A DNA stretch of 59,574 nucleotides, taken from positions 1-59,574 of the forward strand of contig JBGTGT010000099.1 in the NCBI GenBank assembly GCA_041746575.1. The letters run 5' to 3'. This stretch comes from Microcystaceae cyanobacterium. Lineage in GTDB: Bacteria > Cyanobacteriota > Cyanobacteriia > Cyanobacteriales > Microcystaceae. This document shows, one piece after another, positions 38,604 to 47,052 of the stretch. How positions within the stretch are numbered: position 1 is the first letter of the stretch; each line of letters opens with the position of its first letter. The position numbers were made by a program, and so were the translations under genes. The notes beneath the pieces were generated by a model that was given only the letters and a program-made list of their open reading frames with translations, did not search any database and was not told the origin of the DNA.

Positions 38604-39866
38604 TCAGGAATTTTGGGCGAGTTCCTGCTCGATAATATCGGCTGCTTGATTGACTCCCTTTTCTTTCTGAAGATGTTGCTGTATGTGCTGAGCATTTTCT
38701 CGATAAATCGGAGAATCTAAAACTTTGTCAATAGTCATTCGCAAATGGTTTGTACTCAATTGCTTAGCAGGGATGACTTCTCCTACTTGTGTCCACTGAA
38801 TACGAGCGGCGATGGTGGGTTGTTCAAATCCTTGCGGGAGAGCAACGAGGGGAACACCACAAGCTAAGGAGTCTAACACGGTATTTAACCCAGCATGGGT
38901 AATGGTCAGCGAGGCTCTTTGTAAAAGCTCTAATTGAGGGGCATAGGAAACGACTAAAGAATGAGCGGCTAGATGCGCCACTTCTTCATCCGTCAAACCA
39001 CCGCCGTGAGAAATAACGAGCTGAACATCTAAGTTTCGACAAGCCGCCGCTATAAGAGAAAAAACATCGAATTTGGTATTTTGTAAGGTTCCCAAAGAAG
39101 CGTAGATAAGGGGTTGACCGGTCAAACGTTCGTAGGGAAAAACAACATCAGAAGGCGTTTGATCTCGAAAAGGACCACAATAATAAAAATTATGAGGCAA
39201 TTTCTTTCTGGGAAAATCAAATTCAGGAGGTTGTTGACTCAAATAAGCAAGGGGAGAATTGGCAAATAGCAAATCACTACCTGATAGGCGGGGTAAATCC
39301 CATTTTTGGCGATACTGAGAGACTAATTTTTTATAGGAACTGACTAATGAATCTCCTATATAATAAGCGATTCGATTGCGTAATTGTCCCCACCCCGTTA
39401 ATTGATAACCCCAAGGTGTAAAAACGGGCGGAATACCGGGTTCTCGGTTGAGGGCTAGAGCATTACAAACTGTTATAAATGGAATATTGAGATATTCAGC
39501 GATCGCTTGTCCAGCCGGTTCAACTTGATCTACCAAGAGCAAATCCACAGGATTTTGCTTGATCAATGCGGGAATATCTCGAAACACCACTTTGGTCATT
39601 TTTTCTTGTTCTGCATACCAGTAGCGAATGATTTCGATTCCTTGAAGACGACCTAATGCTTGAACAAACGATTTGAGAAACCCTTCAGGATATTCGACTT
39701 GACCAATCGGGAAAAAGGTCAATCCTTGTTGGGTAATTTTCGGGGCTAATTCAGGAATTTGATAAAAAATTATAGTATGAGCTCGGAGGTTAAGCTCTTT
39801 TGCCAAAGATAACATGGGATTAAGATGACCCCAAAGAGACGGACAGATGACGCCAATGGTTGCCAT
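38604..39866 (-). CDS. GT1 UDP-glycosyltransferase (MGT/CrtX-like)
   Basis: GHLNPM catalytic His, ASLGT, and PSPG-like APQLELL...THAGLNT...GVP...EQ. Confidence 0.9.
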   Translation of the reverse strand: MATIGVICPSLWGHLNPMLSLAKELNLRAHTIIFYQIPELAPKITQQGLTFFPIGQVEYPEGFLKSFVQALGRLQGIEIIRYWYAEQEKMTKVVFRDIPALIKQNPVDLLLVDQVEPAGQAIAEYLNIPFITVCNALALNREPGIPPVFTPWGYQLTGWGQLRNRIAYYIGDSLVSSYKKLVSQYRQKWDLPRLSGSDLLFANSPLAYLSQQPPEFDFPRKKLPHNFYYCGPFRDQTPSDVVFPYERLTGQPLIYASLGTLQNTKFDVFSLIAAACRNLDVQLVISHGGGLTDEEVAHLAAHSLVVSYAPQLELLQRASLTITHAGLNTVLDSLACGVPLVALPQGFEQPTIAARIQWTQVGEVIPAKQLSTNHLRMTIDKVLDSPIYRENAQHIQQHLQKEKGVNQAADIIEQELAQNS

Positions 39867-39958
39867 AAACCCAAATAACACCCAATTGTTAAGGATAAGA
39901 ATCTAGTTTATTATAAGATATTGGCGTTACTCTTTAAAAGAGAAGACTCTCCCTCATT

Positions 39959-40984
39959 TTGCACCAAAACATGAAGCCATTCGCCATGAATATATCGGAA
40001 CAACCCAAAAGCCATTTTGCCATTCATCTTTTAAGTTTCCCTATCAATCTTGTTTTAGAGATATTTATTCATCTAACGTCCCTCATTCTTCCTATCACTC
40101 TTGTGATGAAGGGGTGGGAAACTCATAATATTTTTCTGACCAGTTTAGCGGTTCTCTTGGCACTATATCTATATCCCTTGGCTATCCTACTGTTGAGTGC
40201 TATTATCATGCGCTTTTTGCCTAAACCGCCCAGAGGCTATATTGATACCTTAGAAAATCGTTTTAAATATGAAATTTTGATTGCTCTAAGTACACTGGTC
40301 AGGCGATCGCCGGCTCGGGGATTATTAATGCTACCTTTTAGTAACTTTTATTATCAACTTGCAGGCACTAAGATTGATAGTAGTGCAATTATCTGCGATC
40401 CTGACTGTATTCATGATTTATATCTGGTATCTGTGGGAAAAAATAGTGTTTTGGGCTGGGGATCTCTTGTTCTGGGTCATTGTTTACCTGAACCTTCCCA
40501 AGCGTTGTTAGGCGCAGTTGAAATTGGGGATGACGTTTTAGTGGGTGCTCGCTCTCTTATTTGGCCAAATGTTAAGGTAGGGGATCGTTCTATCATTCAA
40601 AATGGTTCTGTCGTTCGTCCAGGAACGATTATTCCTCCTGATGAAATTTGGGGAGGCATTCCGGCTAGCAAAATCAGAGACCGTCAGCAAAATACGAAGC
40701 TATCGTTTTCTTCTCTTAATACCCAAGATAAGATAATTAGCGATTTACAAGCTTACCTTAAACAAAATCATCACCTAGAAAATAGCGTAATAGACACGCC
40801 CTTATCCAGCTTAGGACTAAAACCTGAAGATATTTCCCGATTCTTAGTTTATTGCGAAAAGAATTATCAGACTTTTGTGGATCGAACTCAAGTGAATTTA
40901 GCAAATTATTCCCTTGAAAATCTAGTTGACTCAATCTTGCCCGCTGAGCCGGAATCTACCTTAAAATCGTCTAGGGATTCTTAA
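39959..40984 (+). CDS. Membrane-bound hexapeptide-repeat acyltransferase with C-terminal ACP-like domain
   Basis: Two N-terminal TMs, left-handed beta-helix repeats, WGGIPA; tail resembles an ACP but has LGLKPED in place of LGxDS. Start could be ATG 39971 or 39986. Confidence 0.75.
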   Translation: MHQNMKPFAMNISEQPKSHFAIHLLSFPINLVLEIFIHLTSLILPITLVMKGWETHNIFLTSLAVLLALYLYPLAILLLSAIIMRFLPKPPRGYIDTLENRFKYEILIALSTLVRRSPARGLLMLPFSNFYYQLAGTKIDSSAIICDPDCIHDLYLVSVGKNSVLGWGSLVLGHCLPEPSQALLGAVEIGDDVLVGARSLIWPNVKVGDRSIIQNGSVVRPGTIIPPDEIWGGIPASKIRDRQQNTKLSFSSLNTQDKIISDLQAYLKQNHHLENSVIDTPLSSLGLKPEDISRFLVYCEKNYQTFVDRTQVNLANYSLENLVDSILPAEPESTLKSSRDS

Positions 40985-41021
40985 GTCAATCTATCTATTT
41001 AGCTAACCCCGCGCAAACCTT

Positions 41022-42254
41022 ATGAAAATCTTAGCCTTTCCCTACGGTTACTCCGTCGCCCATACCAGTCGTCTTTTGGAAATTGCAAAAGTTCTCCGAG
41101 AAAAGGGACACGAAATTATTTTTGCAGGTAGTGGGAATTGCCTTAAATTAGCCAGTGATATAGGGTTTGAAGTCAGAGAATTAGCGGATGTTCCCATTGA
41201 AAGAGTAGTAGAAGCCCTGAGAACAACCAATTTTTCTCTACTTTACGGGAATGCTAAAGAAATGGAGCATTATATTAATGAAGAATTGAGACTTTACCAA
41301 GCGATTAAACCGGATGTTATTTTAGTAGATGATCGCCGTACATCTGCGGCATCAGCAGAAATCGCTGGCTTACCTCATGTTTCAGTCGTTAATGCCCACG
41401 TGACGAATTATAGTGCTTTTCCGCTTTTATTGCCCTTTTATCAAAAGCGAGTAGAAGAAAATTATCCCAATTCTTTTGTTCAATTGTTACATAACCTTCA
41501 GCTTAAAGTTGAACAGACTTTTTATAACTCTACTTTAAAAGGTATTCATCAAGCCAGAGAAAAATTAGGACTGCGTCGCCTTTTTTCCTATCAGATTACA
41601 GAAGGCAGAAATTTAACGCTGATCCCTGATATTCCTCAATTTACCCCTCTGAAAAATCCCCCAGATAACTTCTATTATGTCGGTCCGATTACATGGCAAA
41701 GCAATTTGCCTCCCACTCAATTTCTAGAAAAATTTAAAAGTTTTCCTAAAAAAGTTTATTTTACGTTAGGAAGTGGTGGCTTTCAAGAATTTGTCAATCA
41801 GTTAAAAGTATTTGAAAAGTCTCCCTATGGAATTTTGGTGACCGCCGGAGAGTTAATGGACCAACTATCGGATTGTACCTTACCTGAAAATATTTTTGTC
41901 GAAAGATACGTCAATGCAGATCTTCTCCTTCCCCATTGTGATGTTGTCGTCTGTCATGGTGGAAATGGCACCCTCTATCAAGCTTTGAAATATGGGGTTC
42001 CTGTTGTTTCTGTTCCTTCTCATAATGAGCAAGATTATGGCGCAAGGCGTACCTCTCAATTAGGAATGGGGATCAGACTTTCTCCTAAGGAAGTGATGCA
42101 AGATTTCTCTTTAATTCTGACAGCGATAGAAACCGTTTTAGACAATCCTTCTTATAAGGAGAGGGCAATTCAATTTTCTCATCAATTAAAAGAATGGGAT
42201 GGGGCGATCCAATCTGCTCACTTAATTGAGAAACATTTTGGCGATGTAATCTAA
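41022..42254 (+). CDS. GT1-type glycosyltransferase
   Basis: AHTSR, YVGP, FTLGS and CHGGNGT...GVP...EQ motifs. Confidence 0.88.
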   Translation: MKILAFPYGYSVAHTSRLLEIAKVLREKGHEIIFAGSGNCLKLASDIGFEVRELADVPIERVVEALRTTNFSLLYGNAKEMEHYINEELRLYQAIKPDVILVDDRRTSAASAEIAGLPHVSVVNAHVTNYSAFPLLLPFYQKRVEENYPNSFVQLLHNLQLKVEQTFYNSTLKGIHQAREKLGLRRLFSYQITEGRNLTLIPDIPQFTPLKNPPDNFYYVGPITWQSNLPPTQFLEKFKSFPKKVYFTLGSGGFQEFVNQLKVFEKSPYGILVTAGELMDQLSDCTLPENIFVERYVNADLLLPHCDVVVCHGGNGTLYQALKYGVPVVSVPSHNEQDYGARRTSQLGMGIRLSPKEVMQDFSLILTAIETVLDNPSYKERAIQFSHQLKEWDGAIQSAHLIEKHFGDVI

Positions 42255-42291
42255 ACTTTTATGATAAGAGCGTAACGGATAAAGACGATTT

Positions 42292-42966
42292 TTAGGTATT
42301 ATCGAGCAAAGTTTTAATTTTTTTGGCAGGAACGCCTCCCCAAACCTCTCGTTTGCCGATTTTTGTTCCTTTGGTAACGACTGCACCGGCGGCCACTATT
42401 GCATCGTCTTCAATAATGACGCCTGACATGATCACCGAATTGGCTCCAACTGTGACGTTATCTCCAATATTAATCAGGGCGTGGGAAAGGTTTCGACCTT
42501 CAATGGCATGGGAATAGATCACGCAGTCTTGCCCCAACAAAGTATTGTTACCAACAACAATTAAGGGAGGGTCTAAAATCGTACCCGAACAGAAGGTATT
42601 CTCGCCGAAGGTTGCCCCTAGCCATAAATAGATTTGGCGCATGAGGGGAACAGGAATCACTTTACTGCGCGTGAGGCTATAAAAGAGCAGTAGATAAAAA
42701 AGTAAATAAACATGGTAGCCAAATTCTTCCCTTGTTCCTTCTTCGATGACACCCTCTTTAAGCGGAAAAAAATTCAGGAAAGTTCGATAAAATAATAAGG
42801 TGATCGCATATAAAGCGATCATAAACAATAAACTATAAATTACCCCATTAAAAGCTCCCAAATCGAGTAGCGAAAAACCGAGCCAAGTGACTGAAGTGGC
42901 TAGAACGATGATGAAAAGCAACAGCGTGAAAAAGGTTGAAATAGCCTGTATGCTAATGGGTCGCAT
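42292..42966 (-). CDS. Membrane-bound hexapeptide-repeat acyltransferase
   Basis: N-terminal TMs, WLGATFG, hexapeptide repeats (IGDNVTVGANSVI) and WGGVPAK. Confidence 0.82.
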   Translation of the reverse strand: MRPISIQAISTFFTLLLFIIVLATSVTWLGFSLLDLGAFNGVIYSLLFMIALYAITLLFYRTFLNFFPLKEGVIEEGTREEFGYHVYLLFYLLLFYSLTRSKVIPVPLMRQIYLWLGATFGENTFCSGTILDPPLIVVGNNTLLGQDCVIYSHAIEGRNLSHALINIGDNVTVGANSVIMSGVIIEDDAIVAAGAVVTKGTKIGKREVWGGVPAKKIKTLLDNT

Positions 42967-43058
42967 GGATAGATTATTAGAATTTTAGAGGAATTTGAAC
43001 GATAATTTCTCAGGCTTTGAGCTTATTATAAAGCATTTTGTCGGGAAAAACGCCTAAC

Positions 43059-43087
43059 AAAAAAGGTTCATTTCACAATGAACCCCC
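43059..43087 (-). terminator. Rho-independent terminator of the PEP-CTERM gene
   Basis: Minus strand GGTTCATT-GTGA-AATGAACC followed by TTTTTT. Confidence 0.75.
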
Positions 43088-43123
43088 ATCATCTACTCAC
43101 GCCTGATCAAGTCAGACAAATGC

Positions 43124-43972
43124 TTAGCTTTCTTTGTTAGATTTGAGAGCTTTAGCTGCTACTCCGCCTAAACCGAGCATCATTAAACCCAGAACACTAG
43201 CGGGTTCAGGAACATCTTCTTTAACCACAATAAATTGCGCTGAAAAAGGACGAACAACACCACTCATCTCCCCTGGAGAATTGAATAAAGCTTGAACGTT
43301 GGCAATCGCATTAGGGCCAGTAAAGCCCACAAAGTCAGCACTTAACGTCCCAATTCCCGAGGAGGATGGATCTCCTGTGATCATTCCATTTGTATCTAGC
43401 TTGAAGACGGTGATCGAAGTTGGGATAACAACGGTAGTACCTGTTAAGCCTACTGTGTATTCCGGTCCTGCCAGGAAGTCTAGATTGGCAATGAATCCTC
43501 CTAATCCACCACTGGAGGGACTACCCGGTGACCCTTGGTTAGTATCAATCCGAATCCATTGAGGAACGGGAGATCCGGGGAACAGCGCCGTGTTGGTTTC
43601 ATTGAATACACAGACTGCGCAAGCCGCACTGGGAACGGCTAGATCAAGGATTGTTCCTGTCCAACTTTGGAATTGGGCAAAGTCGTCTGTTCCATTGACC
43701 TCGATGATCGCGCCGCTACCTGGCACACTGGGATTACCAGGACCAGAGGGAGGTAGGAAATCAATGTTAGTAACGGGGACTTGTTGTCCTGCCGTTTGTC
43801 CACCGTTACTGGGAACGGTTAGCCCTGTTCCTTCTAGTAAAACACCACCTACTTGACCCCCCTGTACGAAAGGGTTGATGGAGAATATACCTTCCAAAGA
43901 AGCACTTGCAGGGAGAGAGACAGCCAATAAGCTGGCAGAGGCAATAGCCGCTGAAAAACCGATAACCTTCAT
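43124..43972 (-). CDS. PEP-CTERM sorting-domain surface protein (Gly/Pro/Ser-rich)
   Basis: Signal peptide ending ASA; C-terminal VPEPASVLGLMMLGLGG + basic tail. Confidence 0.9.
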   Translation of the reverse strand: MKVIGFSAAIASASLLAVSLPASASLEGIFSINPFVQGGQVGGVLLEGTGLTVPSNGGQTAGQQVPVTNIDFLPPSGPGNPSVPGSGAIIEVNGTDDFAQFQSWTGTILDLAVPSAACAVCVFNETNTALFPGSPVPQWIRIDTNQGSPGSPSSGGLGGFIANLDFLAGPEYTVGLTGTTVVIPTSITVFKLDTNGMITGDPSSSGIGTLSADFVGFTGPNAIANVQALFNSPGEMSGVVRPFSAQFIVVKEDVPEPASVLGLMMLGLGGVAAKALKSNKES

Positions 43973-44389
43973 TATGTTCTAAACTCCGTACTTAAAATAT
44001 GAGTTATGTGAATCAGTCCTCAAAGAAATTGTTGAATTATTAAATATTCCAAGGGACTGCATATAAAGGATAAGGGACTTTTTAAAAATCGTCAAGATAC
44101 ATTGCGTAGATATCTTGTAGGTTAAGATCTACTTAATCAAGTTAACACTTCTTTAAAATTTGCCCTATATCTTAGCTGAAACGGGTCAAATTTTCAGTGA
44201 TTGATCTTGGATAAATTTGCTCCGATTGGCTATTGCGTCGTAAGTTAAGAAGTTTTACAAGCGTCGAAAGTACGATGTGACGGGTGACCACCTTTAGAAG
44301 GTACAAGGCGAAGAACACTTTAAGTTGACTAAGATTGGGTTATCTTTAGGTTTAAAAAAAAAGTAGATGCGTAAAAAATCTAAAAAATT

Positions 44390-45487
44390 GTGATGAAGAA
44401 ACTTAGTTTAGGCACCCGACTCTTTCTTTCCCACGTTTTGGTGGTAGTCGTTGCCCTGGGGAGCTTTGTGATTACCGCTAAAATCTCATCTCCTAGGCTG
44501 TTTATTACTCGTTTAGACCAGCTAGAACAACGAGGCTTATTGACAATTACTCTTGCGCGCACTTACTTGCTTAAAGGCTTTGAAACAGCATGGAATGGCA
44601 GTGCTTTGTGGGCGTTATTTTTTGGGGTGATGACGGCGGGACTTTTAAGTTATCTTTTTTCAAAAAGAATTATTAAGCCTGTTAAGAAAATGAAGCAAAT
44701 TACCCAAAGTTTTGCCTCAGGCAATTTACAAGAGCGAATGCCCGAAAGTGAAATTCCTGAACTGAATCAATTGGGAAAAAGTTTTAACCAGATGGCGATG
44801 AGTTTAGAAAACGTAGAAAGTAAACGACGGGAATTAATTGGCGATTTAACCCATGAGTTGAGAACGCCTTTGACGGTGGTAAGAGGATACTTAGAAGAGT
44901 TAGCTGATGGAGATATTGAACCCTCTCCTGAATTGTATCGGCGGTTAATCAGAGAAACTCGACGATTAGAACGATTAATTTACGACTTACAAGAACTTTC
45001 TAAAGCGGAAGCGGGATATTTATCTATTAATTTAGCGGCGGTTAATCTTTATTCTCTTGTTAGTAACTTAGTCGAAAAATTTAGCGATCAATTGTTAGAA
45101 GAAGGTCCGACTTTAACGTTAGAATATCCTAGTCATTTGCCCCTCGTTTGGGCAGACTTAGATCGCACCGAACAAATTTTAGTTAATTTACTGGGAAATG
45201 CCATTCGTTATACCGAAGAAGGTGCGATTATTTTAAGGATATATCAAGTAAAAAAGTGGGTTTGGTTAGAAGTTGAAGATACAGGCATTGGTATTGAGAG
45301 CAAGGATTTACCTTATATTTTTGAGCGATTTTGGCGGGCAGATAAATCCCGAACTCGTTATACGGGAGGTACAGGTATTGGGTTAGCAATTACCTATCGT
45401 TTAGTAGAGTTACAAGGGGGAAAAATTGAAGTGAAAAGTGAAGTGGGTAAAGGAAGTACTTTTCGGTTTTCTCTGCCGATTGCATAA
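44390..45487 (+). CDS. HAMP-domain sensor histidine kinase
   Basis: Two TMs, HAMP, HELRTP H-box, NAIRY N-box, DTGIGI and GTGIGL; no adjacent response regulator. Confidence 0.93.
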   Translation: MMKKLSLGTRLFLSHVLVVVVALGSFVITAKISSPRLFITRLDQLEQRGLLTITLARTYLLKGFETAWNGSALWALFFGVMTAGLLSYLFSKRIIKPVKKMKQITQSFASGNLQERMPESEIPELNQLGKSFNQMAMSLENVESKRRELIGDLTHELRTPLTVVRGYLEELADGDIEPSPELYRRLIRETRRLERLIYDLQELSKAEAGYLSINLAAVNLYSLVSNLVEKFSDQLLEEGPTLTLEYPSHLPLVWADLDRTEQILVNLLGNAIRYTEEGAIILRIYQVKKWVWLEVEDTGIGIESKDLPYIFERFWRADKSRTRYTGGTGIGLAITYRLVELQGGKIEVKSEVGKGSTFRFSLPIA

Positions 45488-45489
45488 TC

Positions 45490-46935
45490 CTAAAAAATGT
45501 CGTTTAAGATATTTCCCTGCATATATGAGGGGATGTTAAGATTAAAGTTATTGAGTATACTAGGACAAATATCTAGGGTAGATATCTTAGGTCGATTCTG
45601 AGATTTGACTTGCTTAATTAAAGGATCGTATATTAGAAGCGATCCAGTAGGAATATGATATCCGGATCGTGAAGAGCGGTCATCAATTTTAACATTTTCC
45701 ATGCCGAATTCATTTATTTCACCTACTTTACCTCTAAATTTAATACAGCGATCAGACATATTTGCTTGACCTAGGCACATAGAAAACATCCCATTATCAT
45801 GTTCTCTAAAGTCAACATTTTCTCCATCTATTAATAAGTTTTCTAATGCCAGTCGAAATTTATCTCTTGACGTTTCGTAAACGATTACATTAAACATGGG
45901 GATCATTGCAGGTAGCACGCGCCAAGTATCCCCCTCCAAGCCAAGAGCCTCCATAAAACGAGACCAGTTCGTAATATAAAGTTCTGTATTAAAGTACTCT
46001 GAGGCTCTAGCTGCCTGTCCGATGCCACTCATGATGATGAGTTTATAATCGGGATGTTGCTCGACAAACTGAATTAACCTTGCAAAGCAATTATCAAAGG
46101 TTTTCACCGAGTAGTCGATTTCGCTACAGTATCTAGCAATCCATTCTTGGTCAACATTACAGATATCAAAGTCTTCAGGAAACGTAGCCGCCCAGTAGCG
46201 ATGCATTGCAGAAGCAATATTATTTGCAAAGAAAACGCCATAATCCGGTTTGTTTTTTGCCAACTGATGGATGAATACATCGAAGGCTAAATTCACCTGA
46301 TGATTTCTTCTTCTCGTCTGAACCCAAGGATGAACCTTTTCATGGGCTAGTTGACCAATAATCTGCCAAATCGTAAAAGGTTTAATGCCAAGCTCTAAAC
46401 TATTTCTCAATACTTCGAGAGCATCTTTCCATCTTACGTTTGGTGAAACATTGCGGGCAGAAGCTCTAGTCATCGCTAGGGTATAAGCCTGAAATTGGCA
46501 AAGGTATTGCGGGTAAGCCTTTGCATCTGGTGAAAAAACATCTGGAACATAAAAAGCGTATGGATCTCGTTTTTCATAAGATGTTGGAAAGCTTCCATAA
46601 GAGTGGAAAACACCAAAAATCCCGATACTTATGCCGTTGTTCACAAGAATTTTCCAAATTGGAGGATATTGCTGATCAAGTTCAGTCAAATCCTGATTAA
46701 AGTGGTAGATGCCATGTACAGATTCATCGACTCCGCGATGTACCGAAGGCCATGAGAACGTGGGTTGGGGTGTTCTACCTCTTTCAATGGAAGCGTCGTA
46801 GGTTATCAATTGAGAGCAATACTGAAGATAATTGGCAACTGTTGATCGAGGATATCGCTCGATAAAGCGATCAATCACCCTAAAAGGTATTTCATTTGCC
46901 TCAAAAATCAAAAATTTTCTATTTTGTACCATCAT
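45490..46935 (-). CDS. Alkaline phosphatase/sulfatase superfamily-like protein
   Basis: FEANEIP start, SWPSVHRG nucleophile-like segment, AMHRYW and GYH motifs; AAGGAG RBS before ATG 46935. Confidence 0.55.
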   Translation of the reverse strand: MMVQNRKFLIFEANEIPFRVIDRFIERYPRSTVANYLQYCSQLITYDASIERGRTPQPTFSWPSVHRGVDESVHGIYHFNQDLTELDQQYPPIWKILVNNGISIGIFGVFHSYGSFPTSYEKRDPYAFYVPDVFSPDAKAYPQYLCQFQAYTLAMTRASARNVSPNVRWKDALEVLRNSLELGIKPFTIWQIIGQLAHEKVHPWVQTRRRNHQVNLAFDVFIHQLAKNKPDYGVFFANNIASAMHRYWAATFPEDFDICNVDQEWIARYCSEIDYSVKTFDNCFARLIQFVEQHPDYKLIIMSGIGQAARASEYFNTELYITNWSRFMEALGLEGDTWRVLPAMIPMFNVIVYETSRDKFRLALENLLIDGENVDFREHDNGMFSMCLGQANMSDRCIKFRGKVGEINEFGMENVKIDDRSSRSGYHIPTGSLLIYDPLIKQVKSQNRPKISTLDICPSILNNFNLNIPSYMQGNILNDIF

Positions 46936-47052
46936 AAGCTCCTTAACATAACTCACTGGATGACAATACAACTATAAATTGATATTCGTTCTACTAAGAT
47001 GTTACAATGACACCCTTTTGTTAACTTCACGTCAATATAAAAATTTAATTTG

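Noticed and set aside
38604..39866. Zeaxanthin glucosyltransferase crtX
   Set aside because: Family-level resemblance only; no carotenoid genes nearby, so the substrate cannot be assigned
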